Part shown: piece after piece, positions 22,501-31,604 of the stretch | How positions within the stretch are numbered: the first letter of the stretch is position 1 | How the letters are laid out: the number at the start of each line of letters is the position of its first letter | Origin: a virus | DNA length: 64,000 nucleotides | Direction: 5' to 3' (one strand) | IMG/VR virus record: IMGVR_UViG_3300023174_006980 | Location: 1 to 64,000 of that record | Notes under the pieces: generated by a model | The model's input: only the letters and a program-made list of their open reading frames with translations | Told to the model about the DNA's origin: nothing | The model's database searches: none | Made by a program: the position numbers and the translations under genes

Positions 22501-24134
22501 TTGCTAAGTATAATAAATTTGGCGTTGTTCAATGGGCTAGAAAATATGGTGAGGATCTTTCAGTACCATCCTCATATGATTATGATTATGAGCCAACCTC
22601 AATAAAAGTAGATAGATTTGGTAATGTGATAGTTGTGGGATATAAAATAAAAAATAGAAACAATACAACTAACGAATTATCATCTAATTTTTATTTAAGA
22701 TGGAACTGGGATGCAGAACTAGAGGTTTCAACATCTCTTTTTAGCTCGCCTAGCTCCACATCCGGAAATATCATTGATTGTGTAGAAATAGATAAGGTCG
22801 GAAATACCTATGTTGCAGGGACATTTAATGGAACCTTGTCTGGCGGAAATTACACCCTTACAACTACACTTCAAAGTGTTTTTGTTGCTAGAATAGAGCC
22901 GGATGGAAATATCAGATGGATCAATAAGCCAAACAGTGGAAGGAAAGAATGTAAGCCTTCAATAAGCTTAGGGAAATCGTTTGAAGATCTTTATTTAGGA
23001 TATTCTTCGATCGGAACAACTGATCAGATTGTTTATTTTAATAAATATTCAAGCTATGATTTTTTATCTAATTGGAGTAGAGAATTTTTAAATCCAAATA
23101 ATGGAACATCTGTTATTTTATTGGATCCATCTGCTATAGCAGAAACCAACATAAGTACATCTAAAAATGGTGACATTGCTTTAGCGTTAACATTTAATGG
23201 TCAATTAATCACAGAAGGATTAACACTAACATCTGTTGGATATGATTCTAATGTTATTGGATCTGGATCTACCGACATAGGAATAATTAAGTTTAATGGA
23301 TATAGAATTTTATGGGGAAAAACTGTAGGATCTAGTTCTATAGATTATGCGCATGATGTTAGTATAGATTCAGCAGGAAACATATATGTTGCTGGGTCTT
23401 ATGGATCTCAATTAATTGTATCGCCAGAATACACATATCCTAATTATTATCCAGGTCCTATAGGTAATTTAGATGTACTACTACTTAAATATTCACCAGA
23501 GGGGCATTTAATAGATGTAGTTACATCAGGTGGCGTAAATATAGACGAAGGTGTTTCTATGGGATTAGACGATGAAGATAATATTTATTTAACTGGATAT
23601 TTGGTACCTAATGCTGATTTTATAAATTTTGGTGTGGATTCATTAACTGGTGGTGCTAAAGACGCATTTGTTGCCAAGATTAAAAATATGAAATATAAGA
23701 GCGGTAAAAAGATAGGAAATGTATATTCCTGGCTGGGAGCAGAATCCTGGTCAGCAGGTGATGGTAAAATAACAAATAAAGAATTTGAAGTCCCTATAGG
23801 AACTACCGTTGTTTTCAATCCTGTTGGTTCTTTTATACCAGGAAAGAAAAATCACATTTGGAGATTAAAATACGATGTAACATCAGAAACACTCATAGAT
23901 ATTAAAGATGCACAATCTTTCATTTGGACCTTTAATAAGCCAGGATTTTATTCACTATATCTTTCCGTAGAGGATACAAATGGCAACATTTCAGTATTTG
24001 ATAGACAGGGATATATTAGAGTTATAAATCACAAAAATCCAGCTCCTGGAGAAATAGTTGATCTAGTAAATAGCGATACATTTAAAAGAAGAACAATATA
24101 TCCTCCAGAAGCTGTAAGACATGAGATTTCTTAA
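16530..24134 (+). CDS. Giant baseplate wedge (gp7-like) protein with beta-propeller, CBM-like and PKD-like domains
   Basis: GSYKGLINAIRFFG (gp7/tail-I-like), propeller blades LWIATDDGV and KWIGTSDGI, SBBP-like D..GN.YV.G repeats, and PKD-like PGFYSLYLSVED. Confidence 0.7.
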   Translation: MNYNNLIFFNKSGHQTNLIWNGNFWEARLMLPRVSVDLFETEHFFIVEKFKDLTGKTVYGYPHITPDVNADSSAAGIYGEFVLGSNLIRTDVPPLQDYVGSKLFCAQFPNGSEILSVDPVNNTITIQDNAILSEINVTLLFNIWKVSFETTRNVIDFDLFTGLKASIVSGRDYITVNVDTDQIKYSEYKLVILGDGIPKDARITSASGKNIYLNKICNVTLTNSDVFIYPIEERNDVSEYIYQYNITEDVNLDAPILNVIQDAYYKIDYDSTETFSGTQRISDSITSSSVSINLTLNSPDEGIFGRTLVIEDLSLGYPKLIARIEIHGETIGEDERYKILLKNFGRSLNNEDAYIIRDSDPSEPYPDYDIVNTKRKELLLEGHEIFPYMGSYKGLINAIRFFGYQDLRIKEYWMNIKKSGRTPKSALSENQSVIDSINSQIGSQSTLIANIHDDENSGKYKQVEVYGKKDDGTYGIKSSLEQIFPSSSFKKTSLFGLYYDINRTVEDEFDEFGYPVVENVFAFSPEEVLIKLFGLKEKLKKDYLPLNARIIDITGEGVYFEIYKTRGWIDQLKIDELNQGIDVEISATPKFGYIEDLRPFGLRPNNSIPYTPYVGPDPFEYNYTTYGNVTLPTVANNYLSPTQSEKLANAIDSFYYERDHLGVPKYRLGDGDSKMGGYFKLGDGQKYEVPSGFPTVLEVTSFNLSWDELDNKWGNLDRNIAYYTTTTASLSNITSYTGNPLISSSVNYTFDPLTGFGQFFNVTLPTGIAYLTPSAGRLQLKFTSNSDSSYSFLAEVFTYNNSTGNAYVKLLWSKTDAALDNWKVELVNLFSDNVTLNYYDYSFHSDGYYSWGNLRFAGFYEIEWTVTKTGENPYKYQTRDKLNKYWRIPLILPYSGVYSVRCRVWNGFNDICTAYFNEYIEVKTREIEIVNVARFREAEVYTWDNTKRAWEDYDSRWLFPVERMIPKFQISENVDDAAEYGNQFNEGQECMVLKTFGEVVATAAVDFGLKPTKLTGFTSLRPGGGIGPVIATINPSYLPHTFANGDFVTIIDNNVGTLINRSGSYEISNVTTTGFTLPFTSTEILNPLLINIIKTGTITVSYDNNICGTVDFNGRLDSTLGNLMFSINNSTKEPKFGIDTIESSNITDPFVTEWLRVTFKAPLGSGSSFNGKVLSISMSGGIYAYNGLIPVQSYNAPIINGANSYDEYVDYEFNGDLPTENTRFYGTKALNWDAFDLLDWDNVYAQTWGMYDYHNDWLGGFSIYNIKNRDKLRVGKDTTGITMDESILPNLSLDYLDLNEACIQLNNSKDPGISKFTYSVNGFSKLPDNYGIGSSPIGAPLTALAIPYNESTDAYDVQTGTSPSMDAPTSITQNPSGDIIMGGDYFVKLFNSSTNIDAYPIGGEYVGCIPRKVYNDEYDNWWCYGERCQIPLVIYNRNNAESSLVFSTSPISGLQNAENNIIVPVPDSQFQIICLAVDGMTDNFAMYVRYKQYYTSPISSSEDVYKLLFYNASTKEFLDISTTGPAWNITDVYDIGNIVTYNGDCYLKINTQGNSSTFPASGSNANWEKIEFNTPGLIDLSVFSIRQMKYEYVGKKSNLWIATDDGVKIYNGFKISSLRIQNSGISSNDVYSICIDEVNSKWIGTSDGINYYDNERWGCWNHTSDPILPLGKTRNITNIGNGRIFFIVQLGEDNYNLVYFNGNSFKVYTNDPGTVNNFSPINYMDYDYEDLYVFINKVKSINGNFTKYPDDLFYLSEPYRTGDIYASPSLWDFTKFATYVDPVDTYLKKSNYLIPFIHAKSKYPGIEGWDFVHYTPYSPNIDPTIINNIGIGDSVINFSFIVGPLSGVTISGKDPQFPHVDRKSWKIPSWLRYDFDKVLDAFPGTDPDDLFLDAPLRDIIDGSASKEEYWKNSNVARSADRDSGNYIDEYEWVLRIGDTSDDKGISVFSADDGFVYVTGFFTGSIFLGPRNNTSSSTNTTLLSTNCRSIFVAKYNKFGVVQWARKYGEDLSVPSSYDYDYEPTSIKVDRFGNVIVVGYKIKNRNNTTNELSSNFYLRWNWDAELEVSTSLFSSPSSTSGNIIDCVEIDKVGNTYVAGTFNGTLSGGNYTLTTTLQSVFVARIEPDGNIRWINKPNSGRKECKPSISLGKSFEDLYLGYSSIGTTDQIVYFNKYSSYDFLSNWSREFLNPNNGTSVILLDPSAIAETNISTSKNGDIALALTFNGQLITEGLTLTSVGYDSNVIGSGSTDIGIIKFNGYRILWGKTVGSSSIDYAHDVSIDSAGNIYVAGSYGSQLIVSPEYTYPNYYPGPIGNLDVLLLKYSPEGHLIDVVTSGGVNIDEGVSMGLDDEDNIYLTGYLVPNADFINFGVDSLTGGAKDAFVAKIKNMKYKSGKKIGNVYSWLGAESWSAGDGKITNKEFEVPIGTTVVFNPVGSFIPGKKNHIWRLKYDVTSETLIDIKDAQSFIWTFNKPGFYSLYLSVEDTNGNISVFDRQGYIRVINHKNPAPGEIVDLVNSDTFKRRTIYPPEAVRHEIS

Positions 24135-24815
24135 TTATCTGTCGTGATATTCAGAATATACACTAAGAATTTCGGGAACTATTGGGTGTCTGTGATTTTT
24201 CTTAAGCGATATTACTTTTACCCCAGTAACCCTTGATTCCACAATATTTAAGAAATCAAGACCAGATTCTTTTTTAGATTTTAAATCTATCTGGGAGATA
24301 TCTCCACAAATCATAATTTTAGATGCTAGCCCTAATCTACCCAAAACCATTTCCATTTGACTGTTGGTTACGTTTTGAGCTTCATCAACTATTACACAAG
24401 AATTAAGAAAAGTTCTACCCCTCATAAAAGGGAAGGGAAGAATTTCTATAATATTATCTGCAACTAATTTATCAATTTTATCTTTGTCATAAAGCATATA
24501 AAGATTTGAGTAAATAGGAGCCAACCATGGGTCCATTTTTTCCTTTAAATCTCCTGGAAGAAATCCAATATCTTCCTTTGCAACTGTTGGTCTAGTTATG
24601 ATAATTTTTTCAGCTTCCCTGTTAAACAATAGATCTAAAGCAATTTGACATGCTAAAAGGGTCTTACCTGATCCAGCCATTCCTCTAATAACAGTTACTG
24701 GGTTTTCTAAAATTAGCGATTTTGCTTCTTTTTGTTCCTCGTTTAATTGAATTTGAAATTTGATAGGACCTTTGATCTTACCTTTTGGTGTTGATTCTTT
24801 TTCTTGTTTTTGCAT
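24135..24815 (-). CDS. phoH: PhoH family ATPase
   Basis: GMAGSGKT Walker A, IIITRP, GFLPGDLKEKMDPW, FMRGRTF, IVDEAQN, GDISQIDL and HRHPIV. Confidence 0.95.
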   Translation of the reverse strand: MQKQEKESTPKGKIKGPIKFQIQLNEEQKEAKSLILENPVTVIRGMAGSGKTLLACQIALDLLFNREAEKIIITRPTVAKEDIGFLPGDLKEKMDPWLAPIYSNLYMLYDKDKIDKLVADNIIEILPFPFMRGRTFLNSCVIVDEAQNVTNSQMEMVLGRLGLASKIMICGDISQIDLKSKKESGLDFLNIVESRVTGVKVISLKKNHRHPIVPEILSVYSEYHDR

Positions 24816-24907
24816 AAAATATTAAGATTAATTTTCGAGAAACTAATGATCATTTTTGATGTATGATCAGTATTGAGGAAGAATTATTTCTTCATCTAAG
24901 CTTATTT

Positions 24908-24915
24908 GATATATA
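24908..24915 (+). promoter_or_regulatory. GATATATA box (candidate late promoter)
   Basis: Exact motif upstream of ATG 24938, in the divergent intergenic region. Confidence 0.65.
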
Positions 24916-24937
24916 TATTCAGAATAAAAAATAAAAG

Positions 24938-25849
24938 ATGATTACTATTCAGGAGATACTTGGAACAGACTCTATAGCAGGTTCTAGGTTAACAATTAAC
25001 TCAAACTTCTTATTGGTTGAAAATGAACTTAATGATTTTGAAAACACATTTAATATCAATGTTGTTACAGGATCAATGGACGTTTCTCAGGCCACTAATG
25101 GACAGGTTAAAACTAAGAGTTTTTACTCAAACCAGGTGACTTTACCGTCGTCAGGAACATCAACTATTAATTTGTATGGAACAGGGGCTAGTGCGGGAAG
25201 TGCATCTTTTAGCGGGACAGTTTCTTCCACCCAATTAGCTATATCAGGGACAGGAGCATTTAATAATATTAATGCAACGGGTCCTGCAGTTTTTGGATCT
25301 ACCGGTCAATTTGCAGGAGATGTAACGTTTAGCTCTGCTATAATAAGTGGCCCAACAGGAAGCCATCAGGAGAAAAACTCTGCTGGTGCATCAGGCCCAA
25401 CTAATGCGTTTGCCGTTCCCAGCTCAGGAGGCGGAGGAATAATAGGTACAATTGACAATCCCTATTCATTAACATTCACAGAGAGCGTTATCTACGCTGA
25501 TTGCGGGAATGTTTCAGCAGGTGCTACTGGATTTTACTTTAGCGTTGTAGCTGGTGATGGTGGTGCAGTTGCTCCATCTGTTCCCCAAGGATTTAGATTA
25601 ACAATAATAAACACTAATGCAGTAGCAGGTAAAATAGCTACCGGGGTGGTTAGTGCAACTAATACCTATTATACAGGTTTTAATACATCTGTAGCATCTT
25701 ATAATAGCGAAATTACTGTTCCAGCAGGCCTTCCTTACAAAACATCTATAACTCTACAGTGGGAAAATAGAATAAATAAAACGGGGGGTTCTCAAAGAGG
25801 ATCTTGGGTAGTAATATCGTCTACAGGATTCGAAGCAGGAGATATTTAA
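24938..25849 (+). CDS. Virion structural/short fibre-like protein
   Basis: Gly/Ser/Thr-rich and beta-rich, with an N-terminal TDSIAGSRLTINSNF anchor-like motif. Confidence 0.55.
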   Translation: MITIQEILGTDSIAGSRLTINSNFLLVENELNDFENTFNINVVTGSMDVSQATNGQVKTKSFYSNQVTLPSSGTSTINLYGTGASAGSASFSGTVSSTQLAISGTGAFNNINATGPAVFGSTGQFAGDVTFSSAIISGPTGSHQEKNSAGASGPTNAFAVPSSGGGGIIGTIDNPYSLTFTESVIYADCGNVSAGATGFYFSVVAGDGGAVAPSVPQGFRLTIINTNAVAGKIATGVVSATNTYYTGFNTSVASYNSEITVPAGLPYKTSITLQWENRINKTGGSQRGSWVVISSTGFEAGDI

Positions 25850-25864
25850 AATAACAAGAACTAA

Positions 25865-28048
25865 ATGGCTAAAACACCATACATTAGGCCTCTACAAATA
25901 CAGGGCGGAACTTTTTATACATTCAGTTCTGCTGCGGAGGATCTTACGTTTACTTTTAATAACACTACAAATAAATTTAGGTTTTCTAAATATGTTTTAT
26001 TAAACCTTCCAGACTTTAAAAATCCCGTTTATGGGGATAATTCAATACAGTTTGATACCATTGATAGCGCTTTTTTAGATGTTGCCAACAATGAATTTAC
26101 ATTAGTAAATCCAAATAACACTAGTCCTAATTTGGAAGTATCCTTCCAAAACTATTGTTTAAATATGGAAGCAACTATTCTATCTTCACCTGATTATAAC
26201 CCAACATTAAAAAGAAATATTTCAGAAAGAGTATTTTGGAAATGGATTAAAGAGTTAGGTGCTATAAGATTTAGACCTGCCAATTCAAATGAAGTTATAC
26301 CTGGATTAAATCAAAATTTAACAGGCACAACTGGCGGATTCCCATATTCAGATAAAAGATGGGTTGAAGAAGACGACTATGTTATTGGTACAGGAACTCC
26401 AACACCTAGATATTCTAGAATTGTTAAATATGTTGGTGAGTGTGATATAGTAAATTCTGTACAAAGTAAGAATAATTCATACTCTGAAGTTTATATACAT
26501 GTTCCCACAGAGGATGGTAATACCCCTTTAGTTATGTTTAAAACAGTAGCTGATGAGAATTATTATCCAGGACAGATATTAACCAATTCACCAAATGATC
26601 CTGCAGATACCGAATATTTACAAGGTAGGAGCTACTCTGATGGTGTTTATGGTCCTAATGGATTACCTAAGATTGCAATATTTGATCAGGATGTCGTAGG
26701 AGAACCTAATGTGACGGGTACATCCTCAAAAGGTACACCGTTAACTGCACCTTGGTATTATCCAAGAAATACTGCTAATTCATATTACACAGACCCATCA
26801 TTCTTTGATTCTGGAAATGATATTATAGATAAGCATTTATCCTCAGGTACTTTTCATGTTAATTATAGAAGAAGCAAACTTGATGGTATTCAGATAGATT
26901 TTAATCCTGATAACTATAAGCCTATTATAGACAATCCAGCAATTAGTACAATTGAAGAATACAATGGAACAGTAGATTCTAATACTTTTGAATTTAATGC
27001 AGTTCTTCTTTATTATGATGTGTATGATCCTAATAATCCTTCAGACGGAGAGACTAATCTTTATGGAGTCTTATTTTTAGAAGATATAGAACCAATATCT
27101 AATACAGGCGGAAGAATACCTAGATTCAAGAAATATAAGCCAGATCCCCTTACTAAATTAAACGGTAATTCATACGGATTAAAGGTTAATATAAAATTTG
27201 ATACTGACGTTGAAAATACTGGTGTAGAATTAGCGATCAATGATTATTCATCATTTTCTCTTTCTATGTTCATGGATGCAGCAAATGTCTTACAGGAGGC
27301 TTCACGAACTTTAAACGACCAGACTGTAGAGATGATTACTCTTGCTGATAGAGTTACCAATCTTGAAGGATTGGTTGTTAATATGGATGATAACACATCT
27401 ATAAATGCAAGAATAAGCTCATTAGAGGATGCAATGATTGCAAATCAAGCTCTGTTTACTAACACACAAGATATCCTAGGATTGATAGAGAGAAACTATA
27501 CAATGATGCAGAATATTCTAAACGGAAGAACTGATATTAAACTTTCCTACGATTTGGATTTAATTAAAAATGGAGAGGGTATCAATGTGGATAGATCCAA
27601 TCTAAATAAATTAATACTAAATAATACCACACAAAATTATACCATACCTGATGGTAGCCAATATGTATTTACATTAAATACAACTAGTGGGAATACATTG
27701 GCGTTAAGTCAGTATGGAAATTATTATAAGCACTCAAATTTTGGATTAGGAATAACACTGGAAAGCGATCTGATAATAAGAATAGATGATAGTGTTAACA
27801 CATGGAAAAGAGGCCAAACTTTTAGAATAGTATTTGATGACCAAGTTATATTAAATGGTAATAATATTTTAATATACACCGATGCTAAGGGTAATTATCC
27901 TTTATCATCACCATCTGGATCATTATATGTTATTCTAGTTGGCGGATTTACAGAGAATCTTTTTAACACAGCTAACAACAAACCTATTTTTGATATAGTT
28001 TGTGTGGATGAAAAGAATCTGGTTTTTGAAATAGATCAAATAAGATAA
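25865..28048 (+). CDS. Virion structural protein (baseplate/tail), coiled coil near the C-terminus
   Basis: 727-aa ORF within the structural operon. Confidence 0.55.
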   Translation: MAKTPYIRPLQIQGGTFYTFSSAAEDLTFTFNNTTNKFRFSKYVLLNLPDFKNPVYGDNSIQFDTIDSAFLDVANNEFTLVNPNNTSPNLEVSFQNYCLNMEATILSSPDYNPTLKRNISERVFWKWIKELGAIRFRPANSNEVIPGLNQNLTGTTGGFPYSDKRWVEEDDYVIGTGTPTPRYSRIVKYVGECDIVNSVQSKNNSYSEVYIHVPTEDGNTPLVMFKTVADENYYPGQILTNSPNDPADTEYLQGRSYSDGVYGPNGLPKIAIFDQDVVGEPNVTGTSSKGTPLTAPWYYPRNTANSYYTDPSFFDSGNDIIDKHLSSGTFHVNYRRSKLDGIQIDFNPDNYKPIIDNPAISTIEEYNGTVDSNTFEFNAVLLYYDVYDPNNPSDGETNLYGVLFLEDIEPISNTGGRIPRFKKYKPDPLTKLNGNSYGLKVNIKFDTDVENTGVELAINDYSSFSLSMFMDAANVLQEASRTLNDQTVEMITLADRVTNLEGLVVNMDDNTSINARISSLEDAMIANQALFTNTQDILGLIERNYTMMQNILNGRTDIKLSYDLDLIKNGEGINVDRSNLNKLILNNTTQNYTIPDGSQYVFTLNTTSGNTLALSQYGNYYKHSNFGLGITLESDLIIRIDDSVNTWKRGQTFRIVFDDQVILNGNNILIYTDAKGNYPLSSPSGSLYVILVGGFTENLFNTANNKPIFDIVCVDEKNLVFEIDQIR

Positions 28049-28050
28049 AA

Positions 28051-31000
28051 ATGGCAGGAACAAAAAACTCAATAAGCTCTTTATTAGCACAATTTCTTAG
28101 ACTCCAAAAGAATTCTTTGGAGATAATTAATAAGCTTAGTAATGCTACCACATCTAAACAAGAAACCGTTAGTGTTGAATTTTTAGATGATAATAATCAA
28201 ACCTCTACGGTTTCTATACCTTCTTGGGGTTATCTTATAAGTGAGATAAAAAGATTGGATGGAAATATAAAGGCTCTTAGCGGTCTTGATGATAATAATG
28301 CTAATGTTAGAAATGCTGACGGAACAGTTTCTAGAATTTATCAATCAACCCCACTAGTAGATCCACCTGCCCCTGCTAATCTGCAAGTACCTACAAATTT
28401 TAAATATAGAAGTAATTACTTTTTTGAAAGCTTTCTTAATCCTTTACTTTTTGTTTCTTTCGATCTTGATGGGCAAATAGATCCTGGAACAAAAAGAGTA
28501 TTTATAAAAAGAATCATAGCTAATACCACAACAGATGCTCAGAAAAATTATTTTGATACAAATCTGAAAGGTAAAAATGACATGACAGATCTCGAGTTCA
28601 TGAAGGAGCTAAAGGGTCAAAACATTTCTTATTTCATAGATGAAAATCCAGAGGATTTGCCACTTCAGGTTATAAGATATAATGGAGCATTTTCTGTTCT
28701 AAGAGTTTTTGATACAACTGTTCCTTTAACAGTAGATGGACAAATAGTAAATCAAAATGTAAGAAAGTATAAGCTAGATACAATTACATATAAAGATACA
28801 ATATCCAATACAAATAGTGGTGATAGACAACTAAAGGTTGGTGACAGACTAATGACTAAAAATGGTAGTAAATTTGGAATAACATCAATTGATATTTCTG
28901 AATTCTCTGTTGTTCTTAAAAGATTAAGTGGATATGAGCCAGTTCCTATTGGAGCAGGAGCTTTAGTTTTAGATTCCGAGATGCTTTCTCCTTTACAGGT
29001 TAATGTAAACGTTGGGCATGACGAGAGACAAGCAGTATACATAAAATCAATCAATGATGAGTTTCATGTTACTGGATCAGCATATAGCAATGGAGTAATT
29101 TTTTATTCCAATGAAATGACTATAAATACATCTGAAGGATTAATGACTTTGGATAATTATTATAAAAATTATGTTTCAGATTTTGGAACTCAATTTTTAT
29201 CAAACTCTAAAGAAAAAGTAATACCGTCTGTATATGGATTAAAGCCAAATACTCCTGTATTAAATTCCTCTAATTTTCAGGTTGTTCAAATTAACAAGCA
29301 AATAACTCAGACAACAACATCTGATAAATTTACAAATACAGTACAGATAAAAACAAAGATCCAGAATGAAATAGATGCCTTAAATAAATCTATAGATCAA
29401 GCTAGAAATGAACTTGCAAATCTTGTTAACGATTCTGTTTCTAAATATTCTAACACAGCAAGAGAAAGTATAATTAGTAAGATTGATTCTTTAACTAAAG
29501 AAAAAGCAACTAAGACAGCTTTGTTGCAAACAACAATACAAGATCTAAATAATATTTCTGATTCTGCTCCTGAAGTTAAAGAAGCACCTAAATATAGGGT
29601 TAGAGGATTTTGGCCGATACCAGCAGGGGTATTGGATACTAAGACTGGAACACAGGAAGTTATACAATTCCGTGTTAGATATAGATATCTTACAAAACAG
29701 GGAAATGCAACTGCAACCGATGAAATTAAATTTGCAGATAATGATGGAACAGAAAGAAAAGGAACTTATAGTAACTGGACAGAATACAAAACTGATGTTA
29801 GAAAGAAAGCATATAACTCAACAACAGGGAAATACTATTGGATGGATGAGGACGTATTAAATGCAGACGTTCCTAATATTAATCAATTAGATATACCAAT
29901 AACATCAGGAGAGCAGGTTGAAATAAAAGTAGCTGCTGTTTCAGAAGCTGGATGGCCAATGAATCCTTTAGAATCTGATTTTTCTGCACCAATCATTGTT
30001 GATTTTCCACAAGAAAAATCCACAGAAAATCCTAACAGCCAATATATTTCTCAAAATGAGAAGGACAAGATATTAATTGCAGTACAACAGGATTTAACTG
30101 CTAAAGGATTAGATACACACCTTTCCACCTCATTTAATACAGGAGATAAGTATTATGCGCATGTTTCTAATGTCATATCTTCTGGATTTTATGATACAGG
30201 AGGAAAATCATTGGATCTATACCAAAAGCTATTAGCCATGGATCAGGAGATAGCAAGCCTGAAAGCAATGATCACTGTTGCTAAGGGAGTTCTTACAGTT
30301 TATATAAACGACGGATCAAATTCAATACCCATAAAAAGAGGAACTGTTGTTGAATTATTTGCAGGATATTATAATGAGCTATTAGATTTAACAAACACAT
30401 CTAATAGAGGAAAGATAATAACTAAGACCTATACTGTTGAATTAAAGAATGAAACTGCATCACCTTTAGAGCTAGCTTCTATTATACCCGGTGGGCAAAA
30501 TACTATTGCATTAGATAATACGGATCAGAAGGCAACACAGGATTATAAAGATTTTAGAAAATATGATTTAACACCTATTTCTTTAACCAGTATTAGATCA
30601 AGTAACGTTATATCAGGAGCAACAGGATCTAATTCTTATGTACATGCATCTCCATATCAATCTGCAAATACAAATTCCCAATTCATATATCCAAGATTTA
30701 AATCTGTTGGATTTGATGCTGATCTTTATTTCAAGTCATCTTTATCTACAAATATAGCAGGACCTATACCAATGGATTTAGGGACAATGTTACCATTTGA
30801 TCCAAATACAACATCTACATCTACATCTACACCAGGAAATCAAAATACATCTGTATGGAACGGAACCTATGTTCAGCCCAATCCATCAGTACAAGTTTTT
30901 AATCCAGGCGGTGGCGGGAAATTAAATGAGTATTGTGTTCATATTAGTCACCCTACACTTATAAATGAGGCTTCGTCAACCAGAAGGTCTTATACGGCTT

Positions 31001-31602
31001 TAGTTAGACCAACACAACCAGCGACAGGAACTGCTGGATTTAATTATCCAGAATTTAGACATGCTGCAGGATTTTGGGTTACACCAACAGATGTTCTTAG
31101 TCCAACAATACACACACAAAAATTTGGATATCAGCAGCTAGCATACAATAAAATATTGGACACAAATTATGGATCAAGTAATCAAGCATATCCTGATAAA
31201 TTAGGATTTAGCTCTGATGATGAATTCTTAATAGGACAATACACATGTGGTTCATATCTTTTTATGGCCCCACCTAATCACTCCTCTGTACAGGTTGAGG
31301 GATCAACAACATTGGCTGTAAAATCTTTACAACCTGGATCTCAAAATAGCATAGTTGTTCCTATAATTTTCCAAATGAGATGCCAGGATAAACTTGGATA
31401 TATTGGTGGATACAGATCTGGCGGTACAATTAGAAACGTAACCTATAGTAAAAGAATAGGATTAGATATAAAAGTAAATAACGAGGATCTTTTCTCCTTT
31501 GATGTTTCTATAAGTGGAAGTTATTCTAAAACTGCTCTTGTATCTCCTACATATTCTAATTTTAGAGATAATAATGGCATAACAAGGACAATAGCAGTAT
31601 AA
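28051..31602 (+). CDS. Virion structural protein with central coiled coil and FN3-like segment
   Basis: 1183 aa; heptads IQNEIDALNKSIDQARNELA; VEIKVAAVSEAGWP...ESDFS. Confidence 0.55.
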   Translation: MAGTKNSISSLLAQFLRLQKNSLEIINKLSNATTSKQETVSVEFLDDNNQTSTVSIPSWGYLISEIKRLDGNIKALSGLDDNNANVRNADGTVSRIYQSTPLVDPPAPANLQVPTNFKYRSNYFFESFLNPLLFVSFDLDGQIDPGTKRVFIKRIIANTTTDAQKNYFDTNLKGKNDMTDLEFMKELKGQNISYFIDENPEDLPLQVIRYNGAFSVLRVFDTTVPLTVDGQIVNQNVRKYKLDTITYKDTISNTNSGDRQLKVGDRLMTKNGSKFGITSIDISEFSVVLKRLSGYEPVPIGAGALVLDSEMLSPLQVNVNVGHDERQAVYIKSINDEFHVTGSAYSNGVIFYSNEMTINTSEGLMTLDNYYKNYVSDFGTQFLSNSKEKVIPSVYGLKPNTPVLNSSNFQVVQINKQITQTTTSDKFTNTVQIKTKIQNEIDALNKSIDQARNELANLVNDSVSKYSNTARESIISKIDSLTKEKATKTALLQTTIQDLNNISDSAPEVKEAPKYRVRGFWPIPAGVLDTKTGTQEVIQFRVRYRYLTKQGNATATDEIKFADNDGTERKGTYSNWTEYKTDVRKKAYNSTTGKYYWMDEDVLNADVPNINQLDIPITSGEQVEIKVAAVSEAGWPMNPLESDFSAPIIVDFPQEKSTENPNSQYISQNEKDKILIAVQQDLTAKGLDTHLSTSFNTGDKYYAHVSNVISSGFYDTGGKSLDLYQKLLAMDQEIASLKAMITVAKGVLTVYINDGSNSIPIKRGTVVELFAGYYNELLDLTNTSNRGKIITKTYTVELKNETASPLELASIIPGGQNTIALDNTDQKATQDYKDFRKYDLTPISLTSIRSSNVISGATGSNSYVHASPYQSANTNSQFIYPRFKSVGFDADLYFKSSLSTNIAGPIPMDLGTMLPFDPNTTSTSTSTPGNQNTSVWNGTYVQPNPSVQVFNPGGGGKLNEYCVHISHPTLINEASSTRRSYTALVRPTQPATGTAGFNYPEFRHAAGFWVTPTDVLSPTIHTQKFGYQQLAYNKILDTNYGSSNQAYPDKLGFSSDDEFLIGQYTCGSYLFMAPPNHSSVQVEGSTTLAVKSLQPGSQNSIVVPIIFQMRCQDKLGYIGGYRSGGTIRNVTYSKRIGLDIKVNNEDLFSFDVSISGSYSKTALVSPTYSNFRDNNGITRTIAV

Positions 31603-31604
31603 AA

